A stretch of DNA of 64,000 nt from Thermodesulfobacteriota bacterium. Lineage in GTDB: Bacteria; Desulfobacterota_D; UBA1144; Nemesobacterales; Nemesobacteraceae. This document shows positions 43,792 through 54,272 of this stretch, in pieces (position 1 is the stretch's first letter; each line of letters begins with the position of its first letter). Where the stretch lies: the NCBI GenBank assembly GCA_965202785.1, contig OZ241855.1:992001-1056000 (forward strand), given 5' to 3'. The position numbers were made by a program, and so were the translations under genes. Under the pieces are notes generated by a model. That model was not told the DNA's origin, ran no database searches, and saw nothing but the letters and a program-made list of their open reading frames with translations.

Positions 43792-45276
43792 ATGGGTGAT
43801 CCCACAGGTTTTATGAATTACGAAAGGAAGCTCGAGCCTGACAGGGATCCTGCCCGGAGAATCAGCGACTGGGACGAGTTCCACGGCCATCTCCCGGAAA
43901 AAGAGCTTGCCACCCAGGGCGCAAGGTGCATGGACTGCGGGGTTCCCTTCTGCCAGACGGGCCAGGTAATCGGCGGTCTGACTGCGGGGTGTCCCATAAA
44001 CAACCTTATACCCGAGTGGAACGACCTGGTTTACTCGGGACTCTGGAGAGAGGCTCTTGAGAGACTTCACAAGACGAACAATTTTCCCGAGTTCACGGGC
44101 CGGATATGCCCGGCTCCCTGCGAGGGGTCGTGTGTTCTCGGCATTAACGAACCCGCGGTCACCATAAAGAGCATAGAGTGCGCAATAGTTGACAGGGGCT
44201 TTGAGGAAGGGTGGATAACGCCCGAACCCCCCGAAATTAGAACCGGGAAGAAAGTCGGCGTCATAGGCTCCGGGCCCGCAGGACTCTCCTGCGCCGCGCA
44301 GCTTAACAAGGCAGGACATCTGGTCACGGTGTTTGAAAGGGACGATCGTATCGGCGGACTGCTCATGTACGGAATTCCCAACCCCCATCTCGATAAGAAA
44401 ATAGTTGACCGCCGCGTCGATATACTTGCGAAGGAGGGAATCGAGTTTGTCACCAACACGGAAGTGGGAGTGGATATCGACGGAAACGAACTCGTGGAGA
44501 ACTTTGACGCGGTCGTAATATGCACGGGAGCTACGAAACCTAGAGACCTTCCGATTGAGGGAAGGGACCTTGATGGAATCCACTTTGCTATGGAATTCCT
44601 GAAGGCCAACACAAAAAGCCTCCTTGACAGCGGCCTCGACGACGGTCGCTATATCTCCGCCGCGGACAAGGACGTCATTGTTCTCGGGGGCGGCGACACC
44701 GGAACCGATTGCGTCGCGACTTCCATGAGACACGGATGCAGAAGCCTTCTTCAGTTTGAAATACTTCCCAAGCCCCCGCTCGAGAGGGCTGCGGATAACC
44801 CGTGGCCGCAATGGCCTAGGGTGTACAGGCTTGATTACGGTCAGCAGGAGGCCATGGCGGTTTTCGGGGAGGACCCGAGAAGGTACCAGGTTCTTACCAA
44901 AAGATTCGTGGGAGATGCAGAGGGCAGGGTGGCGGAACTTGAGACCGTGCGCATTGAGTGGTACATGGGAGATGAAGGAAGGATGACTTTTCGAGAAATT
45001 GAAGGTTCCGAGCAGAGATGGCCATGCGGGCTCGTGCTTTTGGCCCTCGGATTTCTGGGGCCCGAGCAAGGACTTCTGCAGCAGATGAATATCCGTACCG
45101 ACGAGCGCTCAAACGCCATGGCGGAATATGGAAAGTATATGACGAACGTCGAGGGAGTTTTCGCTGCTGGGGACTCGCGCAGGGGACAAAGCCTTGTGGT
45201 GTGGGCAATAAACGAAGGAAGAGAAGCCGCAAGAGAGTGCGACAGGTATCTTATGGGATCAACCGACCTTCCATAA
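43792..45276 (+). CDS. gltD: Glutamate synthase small subunit
   Basis: [50 protein letters not shown]. Confidence 0.98.
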   Translation: MGDPTGFMNYERKLEPDRDPARRISDWDEFHGHLPEKELATQGARCMDCGVPFCQTGQVIGGLTAGCPINNLIPEWNDLVYSGLWREALERLHKTNNFPEFTGRICPAPCEGSCVLGINEPAVTIKSIECAIVDRGFEEGWITPEPPEIRTGKKVGVIGSGPAGLSCAAQLNKAGHLVTVFERDDRIGGLLMYGIPNPHLDKKIVDRRVDILAKEGIEFVTNTEVGVDIDGNELVENFDAVVICTGATKPRDLPIEGRDLDGIHFAMEFLKANTKSLLDSGLDDGRYISAADKDVIVLGGGDTGTDCVATSMRHGCRSLLQFEILPKPPLERAADNPWPQWPRVYRLDYGQQEAMAVFGEDPRRYQVLTKRFVGDAEGRVAELETVRIEWYMGDEGRMTFREIEGSEQRWPCGLVLLALGFLGPEQGLLQQMNIRTDERSNAMAEYGKYMTNVEGVFAAGDSRRGQSLVVWAINEGREAARECDRYLMGSTDLP

Positions 45277-45310
45277 ATAGGCTAAACCTGCTGCGAGGAG
45301 GAATTTCCAG

Positions 45311-46510
45311 ATGGCCTTCGCTGATCCAGAAGAACAATTAAAGGTAATAAGAAGGGGAACCGAGGCGATAATTCCAGAAGAGGAGCTTCTTTTGAAACTT
45401 GAAGCCTCGAAAGAAAACGACCGCCCCCTTAAGGTAAAGGCAGGGTTTGACCCCACCTCTCCCGACCTGCATCTGGGTCACGGGATAATTCTCAAGAAAC
45501 TCCGCGATTTTCAGACTCTGGGCCACGAGGTTCTTTTCCTTATAGGGGATTTTACCGCCTATATAGGGGACCCCTCGGGCAGAAGCGAAACCCGCCCGTC
45601 GATTTCAAAAGAGGAGATAGTCAAGAACTCGAGGACCTACGAACGTCAGGTTTTCAAGGTTCTTGACAGGAAAAAGACTCAGATTCTTTCAAACTCCCGC
45701 TGGCTCAGCAAACTCGATCCGGAAGAGTTCCTCGGGCTTACCTCTCTGGTTAACGTTTCGCGTATACTGGACCGGGATGATTTCTCAAAGAGGTACAGGG
45801 AAGGGATATCCATTTCTCTCATGGAGTTCATATATCCCTTGGTGCAAGCTTACGACTCGGTGCAGATGCGCTGCGATGTTGAACTCGGCGGCACGGATCA
45901 GACCTTCAACATACTGCTCGGCCGCGATTTCCAGAGACATTACGGACAGTCTCCTCAGGTGGGAGTTTTTCTTCCGATACTTGAGGGAACAGACGGGGTA
46001 AAGAAGATGTCGAAGTCGCTTGGAAACTATATAGGTCTTGACGAATCTCCGCAGGATATATATGGGAAAATGATGTCGATTTCTGATGACCTTATGTGGA
46101 GATATTATCTTCTTTTAAGTACCTGCAATGAAAAAAAGATACGAAAGTTAAAAGCCGGACATCCTATGGATGCGAAAAAAGCACTTGCTAGGGAAATTGT
46201 TTCCTGGCTTCATGATTCCCAGGGCGCCCTTGAAGCCGAACGGGATTTCGAAACCAAGTTCTCAAAGAGATCTTTTCCAGAAGATGCGAAGGAAAAGGAT
46301 TACGTTGCTGATTCCCGAAAGATAGTTGATCTTGTTATGGGAGTATCCGATTCCGTCAACACTAAGGGGGAAGCTAAAAGGCTTATATCCCAGGGAGGGC
46401 TTGTCATAGACGGAGAGAAGTACACCGATCCGAATTTGGAATTTCCCGACAAAGCCGCCTTCGAGGTTAAAATCGGAAAAAAAGAGTTCCTGAAAGTCGT
46501 TATCAAGTAA
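45311..46510 (+). CDS. tyrS: Tyrosine--tRNA ligase
   Basis: GFDPTSPDLHLGH, YPLVQAYD, GGTDQ, KMSKS, C-terminal S4 domain. Confidence 0.97.
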   Translation: MAFADPEEQLKVIRRGTEAIIPEEELLLKLEASKENDRPLKVKAGFDPTSPDLHLGHGIILKKLRDFQTLGHEVLFLIGDFTAYIGDPSGRSETRPSISKEEIVKNSRTYERQVFKVLDRKKTQILSNSRWLSKLDPEEFLGLTSLVNVSRILDRDDFSKRYREGISISLMEFIYPLVQAYDSVQMRCDVELGGTDQTFNILLGRDFQRHYGQSPQVGVFLPILEGTDGVKKMSKSLGNYIGLDESPQDIYGKMMSISDDLMWRYYLLLSTCNEKKIRKLKAGHPMDAKKALAREIVSWLHDSQGALEAERDFETKFSKRSFPEDAKEKDYVADSRKIVDLVMGVSDSVNTKGEAKRLISQGGLVIDGEKYTDPNLEFPDKAAFEVKIGKKEFLKVVIK

Positions 46511-46624
46511 TCTGTCTCGGTTTTCCCTTTTTGCAGATAGCTCTTACCATGCCGCCTTTCCCTATGCGGAAAGTTCTAAAACCGTCCTGTTGCCTTATCA
46601 ATGTGGTGGCCGATGAAATTTTTA

Positions 46625-46653
46625 TTGACATGTGTGCCGGCACGCGGTACATT
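46625..46653 (+). promoter_or_regulatory. higBA promoter with palindromic operator
   Basis: TTGACA(46625)-N17-TACATT(46648); GTGCCGGCAC palindrome at 46634-46643. Confidence 0.75.
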
Positions 46654-46658
46654 GCTCT

Positions 46659-46937
46659 ATGGTTCGAAGTTTTCGCCATCGTGGTCTCAAGCGGCTGTAC
46701 GAGCGTGGTGACCCGGGCCGAGTGCGCGCGGACCAAGCGGAACGCATAGCGCTTGCGTTGGCGGATCTTGACGATGCCCGCACGCCCTCGGATCTCGATT
46801 TGCCTGGTTACCGTCTTCACCCGTTAAAAGGGAGCCTGAAGGGATTTTGGAGCATTTCGATTTCCGGTAACTGGCGGATCATCTTCCGCTTTGACGATGG
46901 CGATGCCTACGATGTCGACTTGGTTGACTACCACTAG
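46659..46937 (+). CDS. higB: HigB (RelE-like) toxin
   Basis: [47 protein letters not shown]. Confidence 0.95.
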   Translation: MVRSFRHRGLKRLYERGDPGRVRADQAERIALALADLDDARTPSDLDLPGYRLHPLKGSLKGFWSISISGNWRIIFRFDDGDAYDVDLVDYH

Positions 46938-46951
46938 GAGGAAGCAGCAAC

Positions 46952-47254
46952 ATGACGATGAACAATCCGCCGCATCCCGGCCGTAGCATTAGGGAGAACT
47001 GCTTGATCCCGCTTGGTCTGAACGTTACCGAAGCGGCGAAGGTGTTAGGCGTTGCCCGTCACACGCTTTCGCGCGTATTGAACGGCCATGCGGCAATTTC
47101 ACCGGAGATGGCCATTAGGCTGGAGAAGGCGGGATGGTCCAATGCCGAGTTCTGGCTGCGTCGCCAGACCACCTACGATCTGGTACAAGCGCGCAAGGGC
47201 GAGGACCGGATCAATGTCGAGCGCTACCGATCACAGCAGACGGAGCAGGAATGA
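46952..47254 (+). CDS. higA: HigA antitoxin
   Basis: [28 protein letters not shown]. Confidence 0.95.
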   Translation: MTMNNPPHPGRSIRENCLIPLGLNVTEAAKVLGVARHTLSRVLNGHAAISPEMAIRLEKAGWSNAEFWLRRQTTYDLVQARKGEDRINVERYRSQQTEQE

Positions 47255-47322
47255 AGGCCAAATCCTCAAGAAACCCGTAGCAGCATGTAGTCGGACTTGA
47301 ATCCGGGTGCGAAGGTAAAAAA

Positions 47323-47687
47323 GCGAGTCGGCCTGTAAGCCGAGTTCTGTCAAGTACGGTCATCCATCTGAGATACCTGTTGCCAGAATACCTTAAGCGA
47401 CTACCCGAAAACCAGGACGGGCCGTCCTGACCGGACAGTTGTCCGGGTGTTTTCCTATTTGTCTTTCTTCGGGCGGGGTTTACCTTGCCTCCTCCATCAC
47501 TTTCGGAGCGGTGGTCTCTTACACCACCTTTTCACCCTTACCGGAACGCCTGCGGCGCCCAGGCGGTATACTTTCTGCTGCACTCTCCGTTGTCTCGCGA
47601 CACCTGGTTGTTAACCAGCGCCCTGCCCTGCGAAGCTCGGACTTTCCTCCCGCGTACAAGCCGCGGGCGACCGCACGGCCGACTCGC
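47323..47687 (-). ncRNA. rnpB: RNase P RNA (bacterial type A)
   Basis: Minus strand carries GAGGAAAGTCCGAGC and ACAGAACTCGGCTTAC (P4); termini GCGAGTCGGCC/GGCCGACTCGC pair as P1. Confidence 0.95.
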
Positions 47688-48103
47688 TAATCATTAAAAT
47701 ATCTATCTATCGCCTCGTTCGCAAGACTGTCGGCTTCTGCGTTATTCTCCCTAGGGATATATTCTATTTCGAGTGCCGGAAGGGATGAAGCGAGTTTCTT
47801 CGCTTCCGAGTGAAGTATTCTAAGCTTTGAATCCTTTACTTTCCAGAGCCCGTTCATCTGGCTTGCGACAAGCTGGGAGTCGGTATGGATTTTTATCTCG
47901 GTGCTATCTTCAGCCACCAAGTGGCCGAGCGCTTTTATGAGCGCCTTGTATTCCGCCTCGTTGTTCGTTCCCCTCCCTATATACTCTCTTATCTCCTCTC
48001 TTGTTCCATCCGGGCGGATAACAAGAACCCCGATGCCGGATTCTCCCGGGTTTCCCCTTGACGCTCCATCTATATAGACTTCGGTTGTTTTTTCTGGGGA
48101 CAT
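47687..48103 (-). CDS. rnhA: Ribonuclease HI family protein
   Basis: IDGASRGNPG, TNNEAEY, TDSQLV, IPRENNAEADSLAN. Confidence 0.93.
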   Translation of the reverse strand: MSPEKTTEVYIDGASRGNPGESGIGVLVIRPDGTREEIREYIGRGTNNEAEYKALIKALGHLVAEDSTEIKIHTDSQLVASQMNGLWKVKDSKLRILHSEAKKLASSLPALEIEYIPRENNAEADSLANEAIDRYFND

Positions 48104-48132
48104 GTTCTTAATTTGTGTAACCACTCGGGTGG

Positions 48133-48834
48133 TTACGATTTTGTGTAAAGAATCTTCTTGCAGTTCGGACACTGAACCAGTTTTGTCTGTTTCAGTATTT
48201 CATTGTAGAGTTGAGGCGGAATGTTTATGTTGCAGCTTGTGCATTTCTCGTTTTCGGCAAGCGCAAGTGCCCTGCCGTTTTTTTTGAAGATTCTTTCGTA
48301 AAGCGGGAGTATTTTCGGATCTATGGTGGATAGGATTTCACTTTTTTCCTTCTCTGCCGGTTTGCGGGAAATCTCGAGTTCTTCAATCTTTTTTTCTTTT
48401 TCCGCGATCTGCTCTGCGTATTGGTTTTTTAGAGTCGCGTAGTTTTCTTTTTCTTCGGAAAGTACTGCCTCGGTCTCTTCGATCTCCGTCATTACCGAGA
48501 TCGTGCGATCCTCTATTTCGAGGTTCTCCTTTCTGTTATCGGTTATTTCTTTCTGAAGCGCCTCGTATTCCTTGTGGGTCTTTATGGCAAACAGCCTTTC
48601 CTCGGATTTTTTTATGGATTCCTGATTGGAGCGAAGAGAGGATTCAAGACCGTCTCTTTGCGACTTGAGTTCCGAGAGGGTGGTTTCCTTGAGGTTTATC
48701 GATCCTTCTTTTTCAAGGAGGTCTTTTTTAAGGTCATTGATTTCGTTCGGGTATTTTTCCAGTCCTTCAGTTAACTCTCTGATTCTTAAGTCAACTGTCT
48801 GAAGCTTCTGGAGGCTTTCAATATGCTGTTGCAT
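48133..48834 (-). CDS. Coiled-coil protein with C4-type zinc ribbon (CT398/HP0958-like)
   Basis: LQKLQTVD, long coiled coil, CTSC...QCPNCKKIL. Confidence 0.88.
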   Translation of the reverse strand: MQQHIESLQKLQTVDLRIRELTEGLEKYPNEINDLKKDLLEKEGSINLKETTLSELKSQRDGLESSLRSNQESIKKSEERLFAIKTHKEYEALQKEITDNRKENLEIEDRTISVMTEIEETEAVLSEEKENYATLKNQYAEQIAEKEKKIEELEISRKPAEKEKSEILSTIDPKILPLYERIFKKNGRALALAENEKCTSCNINIPPQLYNEILKQTKLVQCPNCKKILYTKS

Positions 48835-48965
48835 AATTTTTTACTTCAGGCGAAGCAGTCCCGATGCGCTTTTTATGGAGAAAAATGGTATTTCGGGGGC
48901 TTTGGTTGGAGGGAGTTGCTTCGGCTTTGTCTATATTGACCTTCATGGTCTCTATTTCTCAATTC

Positions 48966-49039
<74 letters not shown>

Positions 49040-49058
49040 TAATAAAACTAGGCAACAG

Positions 49059-49086
49059 AATATAGTTAATCGAATTTTTTTGTCAA
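49059..49086 (-). promoter_or_regulatory. Sigma70 promoter of the tRNA operon
   Basis: TTGACA-N16-TATATT on the minus strand. Confidence 0.7.
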
Positions 49087-49133
49087 ATTGCCGGTTCAAA
49101 AAATGTAGAAGGCGATTTTCAGGCCCCCCGAGT

Positions 49134-49901
49134 TCACCGGAAAACAAGGAGATTTCCCCTTTCGGGGTCCCAGGAACCTCTTACCTTGAATACCGAGGAG
49201 AGAAGCTTTTCGGAAAGCACGTGCGACGGTTCTCCCAGGGCGGAAACTCGGCCGTTTTCAAGCACAAGGATCCTGTCGCAGAACCTGCTCGCAAGATCAA
49301 GGTCGTGGAGAACGGCCGTGACCCCTCTTCCTTCTCGCGCCAGCGACCCGAGCAGTTCCATGAGGACGAACTTGTGGTGTATGTCAAGGTGGGAGGAAGG
49401 CTCGTCAAGGAAAATAAAATCGGTCCCCTGCGCAAGCACCCTCGCGATCGACGCTCTCTGCTGTTCTCCCCCTGAGAGCGTCGTTACCTTTCTTCGGGAA
49501 AACCCTTCCATGTCCACGAGCGAAAGACAGTCCTCGGCGTGCCTTATGTCCTCTTCGCTCTCGCTCTCGAAAATTCCTAGGTACGGATATCTCCCCGTAA
49601 GCACTACCTCGAGCACGCTCAGCGGAAAATCGAAATACGAGGTCTGCGGGAGAAACGATATTTTTCTGTAAAGCTCTCTTGTCTCATATTCCAAGATATC
49701 CTCTCCGTCAAGCAGGATGCGGCCTGCGGTGGGATCGACTATACGGGCAAGAAGGCGAAGAAGCGTGGATTTCCCCGCGCCGTTTGGTCCGACTATGCAT
49801 AGAAACTCGTTTCTTTTAATCTCGAAGTTTACGTCGTCAACTATGGTTTTTCCGTTTACGCCGTAACTTAGGCCCGATATTTTTATTAACCCTTTCTCCA
49901 T
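49134..49901 (-). CDS. Iron-chelate/cobalamin ABC ATP-binding protein (FecE/BtuD-like)
   Basis: GPNGAGKST, GRYPY, LSGGEQQR, LDEPSSHLDIHH, LHDLDLA. Confidence 0.92.
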   Translation of the reverse strand: MEKGLIKISGLSYGVNGKTIVDDVNFEIKRNEFLCIVGPNGAGKSTLLRLLARIVDPTAGRILLDGEDILEYETRELYRKISFLPQTSYFDFPLSVLEVVLTGRYPYLGIFESESEEDIRHAEDCLSLVDMEGFSRRKVTTLSGGEQQRASIARVLAQGTDFIFLDEPSSHLDIHHKFVLMELLGSLAREGRGVTAVLHDLDLASRFCDRILVLENGRVSALGEPSHVLSEKLLSSVFKVRGSWDPERGNLLVFR

Positions 49902-49902
49902 T

Positions 49903-50940
49903 CTACAAGATTCCCCTCCCGCTGAAATTTCGCCTCAACAGAAACACGAAGAAAGGAACTCCGATGAGGGAGGTGATTATTCCGAGGCGAAGTTCCTGGG
50001 GGCTCATGACGGTTCTCGCTACGAGGTCTGCTGCGGGCAGAAATATGGCCCCGGCGATAAAACTTGCGGGCAGAAGCCGGCGGTGATCCACCCCGATCAG
50101 CAGTCTTACAGAATGCGGAATTATAAGTCCGACGAACCCCACGATGCCGCTTACCGCCACGCTTGCTCCAACTATTAAGGAACTCAGGACTATGAGATGT
50201 TTGGTTGTTTTCTCTATGTCGATACCGACGGTCTTCGCCGTTTCGTAGCCTAGGAGTCTTGCGTTTAGATTCTTAGCGTAAAAAAGCAGCATGACCGAGG
50301 CGGCAAGCACGGGTACCGCTGCCATTGCAAAATGCGTCCAAGTGCGCGAGTCGACTCCGCCCATTATCCAGAAAAGCATTTCCTTCATTGACCACGCGTT
50401 TGATACCGAGAGTACGAAAGTCGTGAGAGAAACAAAAAGTGTTCCAAGCGCCACTCCGCAGAGAAGAAGCGTCGTGTTCTCGACAAATCCCCTGTAACGT
50501 GATATTCCGTAGACTGCGTATGCCGTGAGAAGTGTGCCTGCAAACGCTGCGAGCGGGAGCAGGAGAAACCACTGCTGATGAATACCGGTGTAGATCGCCA
50601 GAACGGCGAAAAAAGCCCCTCCACTTGACCAGCCCAGTATCCCGGGTTCGGCTAAGGGGTTTCTGAACATCGCTTGCATTACCGCTCCCACAATTGAGAG
50701 TCCCCCTCCTATGGTGGCAGCGAGCAGAACCCTGGGGAGCCTAACGTTCCAAACAATAAGTTCTTGTGATTTTTCGATTTCCGCTCCGGTATCGAGCCAG
50801 AGCAGCTTGCCGGCTGTTATACCGATTACCTTGTCAAACGGAACGTTCACAGCCCCGAGCGATACGCACACGATGACGGTCACCATTAGCAGGGAGGCGA
50901 GTACTGCGTATACGGAAAGCGTTTTCTTACCGGTCGGCAT
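49903..50940 (-). CDS. FecCD/BtuC-family ABC permease
   Basis: RLPRV, MQAMFRNPLAEPGILG, GFVGLIIPH, GVPFF. Confidence 0.93.
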   Translation of the reverse strand: MPTGKKTLSVYAVLASLLMVTVIVCVSLGAVNVPFDKVIGITAGKLLWLDTGAEIEKSQELIVWNVRLPRVLLAATIGGGLSIVGAVMQAMFRNPLAEPGILGWSSGGAFFAVLAIYTGIHQQWFLLLPLAAFAGTLLTAYAVYGISRYRGFVENTTLLLCGVALGTLFVSLTTFVLSVSNAWSMKEMLFWIMGGVDSRTWTHFAMAAVPVLAASVMLLFYAKNLNARLLGYETAKTVGIDIEKTTKHLIVLSSLIVGASVAVSGIVGFVGLIIPHSVRLLIGVDHRRLLPASFIAGAIFLPAADLVARTVMSPQELRLGIITSLIGVPFFVFLLRRNFSGRGIL

Positions 50941-51781
50941 TGTTCTCTGTTCCGAATATCAGGTTTACCAGATCAATTACGGCCCGTGCCGCATAATGAG
51001 ACGCGGCGTCTAGATGTTTTCCCGCGACGACTATGATTTTTTTGTCCCTGAAGGCGGAATTTTTGAACATCTGGCCGACAAAATCCGGGTGAGATGGATT
51101 ATAACTACTTGTAAGCACTAGGTCAGGATTGTTCTGGATTACGTATTCGGTAGATATGTTGCTGTATCCGCTTAGCCCGAGGCGTGCCGGGAGGTTAATG
51201 GCTCCGGAACTTTCTATTATGTCGTTTATGGTTGAGCGTTTGCCGACCGTGAACCCGGGGGCTCCGTAAAAAAGAACCGTCGGGGCTTTTGCGTGAGGCG
51301 GAATCTTTGCCTTGGCATCCGCGATCAGGGTTTCCATTCTTTTTACGAGGTTTTTCGCCGCGGCTTCCTCGCATACAGTCTCTCCAACCAGTTCTATATT
51401 CTTTTTTATGCTCTCAAGAGAGACGATTTCGCGGAGCACCAATACTTTTATTCCTGCTGCCTCAAGATGCGCCCGTATGTTCGGGTTGGTGTGGCCTGCG
51501 ACTATCACGAGATCCGGAGATTTTGCGATTACCTGCTCGAGGTTTGCTCGGACCTGTGGAATTCCCCGCGCTTTTTCCACAACATTCGAGATCAGCGGGT
51601 CGGTCGAGAAATAAGTGAGTGCAGCTATTTTTTCTCTCTCGCCGACTATATCGACCAGGATTTCGTCTGAAGCCAAAGTGAGGGATATTATGCTTTTTGG
51701 GCAAGGCGGTTTTGCTAGGCACACAACTGGCGCGGCGACGAGGGCGAACAGGATCGCCGCGAACAGATTTTTGATACTCAC
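50927..51781 (-). CDS. BtuF/FecB-family substrate-binding protein
   Basis: Signal peptide, IISL....DEIL, NLEQVIAKSPDLV, ISTEYVIQNNPD. Confidence 0.85.
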   Translation of the reverse strand: MSIKNLFAAILFALVAAPVVCLAKPPCPKSIISLTLASDEILVDIVGEREKIAALTYFSTDPLISNVVEKARGIPQVRANLEQVIAKSPDLVIVAGHTNPNIRAHLEAAGIKVLVLREIVSLESIKKNIELVGETVCEEAAAKNLVKRMETLIADAKAKIPPHAKAPTVLFYGAPGFTVGKRSTINDIIESSGAINLPARLGLSGYSNISTEYVIQNNPDLVLTSSYNPSHPDFVGQMFKNSAFRDKKIIVVAGKHLDAASHYAARAVIDLVNLIFGTENNADR

Positions 51782-51801
51782 CTTGAAAATCAGGCTTTTC
51801 C

Positions 51802-52797
51802 TTATGGGTTCAGAATGACTTTTCCGAACTGCTGGCGGTCTTCAAGAATTTTCTGCGCCGCCGCTGCCTCGCTCAGGTGGAACCTGCTGTGTATTGAAGG
51901 TTTCAGGGTACCTTCTCCGGCAAGCTGCGCGACTTTCTCGAAATGTTCCGCCCGGGCGTTAAACACCGTTACTCCGAGTACGGAGAGATCTTTCATAATA
52001 AGTGGGCCGATGGCTGCTTCCGTAGCACCTCCTCCCGCGACTCCGATCAGCAGAAGCTTTCCCCCGGGGGCCAGATACTGCGTGTTCTCTTTCCATACCG
52101 AAGCTCCCACGGGGTCGAAGATCATGTTTATCTTATGCGTTTTTGTAATTTTCTTTAGCTCTTCTCCGAGATCCGAGGAGTTATAGTTTATGGTGACATC
52201 GGCTCCGATTTCTTTTGCTTTCTCAAGCTTTTCGTCGCTTCCCGCGGTAGCTATCACAAAAGAATCGAAAAGCTTGGCTACTTGGATCGCGGCGCTCCCC
52301 GTTCCGCTTCCCGCTGCGTGCACGAGCACCGTTTCTCCCTTGCCGATATTCGCTCTTTCGCAGAAGGCGTACCAGGCGGTAACGTAGCAGGTTGGAATGG
52401 TCGCCGCGTCGTCGAAGGAGAGCCCTTCGGGGATCGAGACCACGTTAGATGAAGGTATCTTTACGTATTCGGCGAATCCTCCGTGGAGGTTGACCCCGAC
52501 TATTTCAAGTCCTCTCTCTGAGCGCACGGCCGGCATGATTATGACCCGATCGCCCGTGTCCACGTCAGACACGTCATCGCTTTTCTCACAGACAATACCC
52601 GCCACGTCTACTCCCCCCACGTGCGGCAGGGGTACCGGGCGGGGTGATTTCCCGCTTCTGAGCCTGAGGTCGACGAAGTTTATGGAGGAGGATTTCACCT
52701 CTACAAGCACTTCTCCCGGTCCAAGCTCCGGCTTGCTTACTTCTTCGTATTTAAGAACATCGGTTTCTCCGAATTCGTGATAGATAACAGCTTTCAT
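51802..52797 (-). CDS. MDR-family NADPH:quinone oxidoreductase-like protein
   Basis: INFVDL, GGFAEY, VHAAGSGTG, FGKVIL; no Zn ligands evident. Confidence 0.88.
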   Translation of the reverse strand: MKAVIYHEFGETDVLKYEEVSKPELGPGEVLVEVKSSSINFVDLRLRSGKSPRPVPLPHVGGVDVAGIVCEKSDDVSDVDTGDRVIIMPAVRSERGLEIVGVNLHGGFAEYVKIPSSNVVSIPEGLSFDDAATIPTCYVTAWYAFCERANIGKGETVLVHAAGSGTGSAAIQVAKLFDSFVIATAGSDEKLEKAKEIGADVTINYNSSDLGEELKKITKTHKINMIFDPVGASVWKENTQYLAPGGKLLLIGVAGGGATEAAIGPLIMKDLSVLGVTVFNARAEHFEKVAQLAGEGTLKPSIHSRFHLSEAAAAQKILEDRQQFGKVILNP

Positions 52798-52941
52798 TCT
52801 TGTGAACTCCTTTTGAATATTTGTCGGATTAAGGTACTTGGCTTTGAGGGTTTGGCAATAAGGGGAGCTATACTGCCGATAGGGTCGAGAACTTAACAGG
52901 TGGCGGACGTCCTCGGAATCTGCGACACGATCAAAACATTT

Positions 52942-54222
52942 TTACAGAACAGGGGCGGGGAATAGTAAACCGCCGAAGAGAATCCACGCCACGATCAGCG
53001 TCCAGATGACGTTCATTCCCTGCGCTATGAGAAACGCATAGGCCGGACGGCCTTCTTCCATGCCGACTAGGGTGGAAAGGCGGGTCTCAAGGCCTATGCA
53101 GACAAAAGCAAGGGCGAACCACCAGCCGCGAAGCCCCTTCATGAGACCCTTTGTCTGTGAGACGAGATCGTCTCCCACGACGAAAGAAAAAAGAAGCGAC
53201 GCCGCCATGAAACCCAGAATGAACTTTGGAAAGCGATCCCATATGACTCCTGCCGACGGCTTTACCCCTTCATCCGCGCCTTGGCGGAACGTCCACCACA
53301 GGGAAAGAGCGAAGGCTGCTAGACCCAGCATGGCGTTCTGCGAGAATTTCACCACCACGGCGGCGTTCATAGCCGACTCTCCCACCAGTTCCCCCGCTGC
53401 CACAACTGCTCCGGTGGTGTCAATGGTTCCTCCTATCCACGCTCCTCCGATTGCTGCGGGAATCTGGAAATGCTCTATGGCCCAAGGCATGATCAGCATC
53501 ATGGGGACGGCCACTATGAGGACGATGGATGTTACGTAGGAGAGCTTCTTTCTGTCTCCGCCTATGGCTCCGCAGGCCGCAATGGCGGCTGAGACTCCGC
53601 AGATGGAAACGGCCGTGGAAAGCATGGCGGCGAACTCGGAATCCACGGCAAGCTTCCTGCAGATCCAGTAGCAGGCATACCAGATGACTAGGACTACTAG
53701 CAGAGCTTGCAGAATCCCTGCCGACCCCGCGGAGAGTATCTTGCCGAACAGGATGCCGGAACCCAGAATAATGAGTCCGATCTTGATGTAGTATTCGGTG
53801 CGGATCGCCTCCCGGAAGCGTTCAGGGAAAACGTTGCCGACGAACATTCCGATGAAAAGGGCGAAGATGACATAGCTTATACCCCATTCCTTGGCCATTG
53901 CGTTTCCGGCGAGAAACTTGGATACCCACGCAAGTGCAAACACTATGGGGAAGCCCGCTATATAGCGGGCGACCGACCCGCCCATCATACGGATGCCGAA
54001 GCTTGAGAAAAATAAAAAGACCACTCCCAGCGAGAGGGAAAGAGAAATGTTCTCTGCGCTTAGGATACTGCCTACGGAATCAGGGGTCCACGAGAACTTG
54101 GGAAGAGAGATATAGGGAAAAAGGAGCCCGAGAGCGATGAGAATGAAAGCCGGTCCGAAAACCACCCAGTCTTCGGAGAATCCGTTACTTTCCTCGGGAG
54201 GAACTGCGGTTTCGTTTTCCAT
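52942..54222 (-). CDS. YeiH / putative sulfate exporter family membrane protein
   Basis: SEDW, EYYIKIG, SICGVSAAIA, GGTIDTTGAV, FPKFILGF. Confidence 0.88.
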   Translation of the reverse strand: MENETAVPPEESNGFSEDWVVFGPAFILIALGLLFPYISLPKFSWTPDSVGSILSAENISLSLSLGVVFLFFSSFGIRMMGGSVARYIAGFPIVFALAWVSKFLAGNAMAKEWGISYVIFALFIGMFVGNVFPERFREAIRTEYYIKIGLIILGSGILFGKILSAGSAGILQALLVVLVIWYACYWICRKLAVDSEFAAMLSTAVSICGVSAAIAACGAIGGDRKKLSYVTSIVLIVAVPMMLIMPWAIEHFQIPAAIGGAWIGGTIDTTGAVVAAGELVGESAMNAAVVVKFSQNAMLGLAAFALSLWWTFRQGADEGVKPSAGVIWDRFPKFILGFMAASLLFSFVVGDDLVSQTKGLMKGLRGWWFALAFVCIGLETRLSTLVGMEEGRPAYAFLIAQGMNVIWTLIVAWILFGGLLFPAPVL

Positions 54223-54272
54223 GAAGGTAAGATTGACACGAACTCCCGGTTTTTCAATACTTTGCTATCTAC

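Noticed and set aside
43789-45069. 426-aa minus-strand ORF
   Set aside because: Entirely antisense to gltD with no motifs; a shadow ORF produced by codon bias of a conserved gene
47439-47697. Short + strand ORFs
   Set aside because: They lie antisense to RNase P RNA
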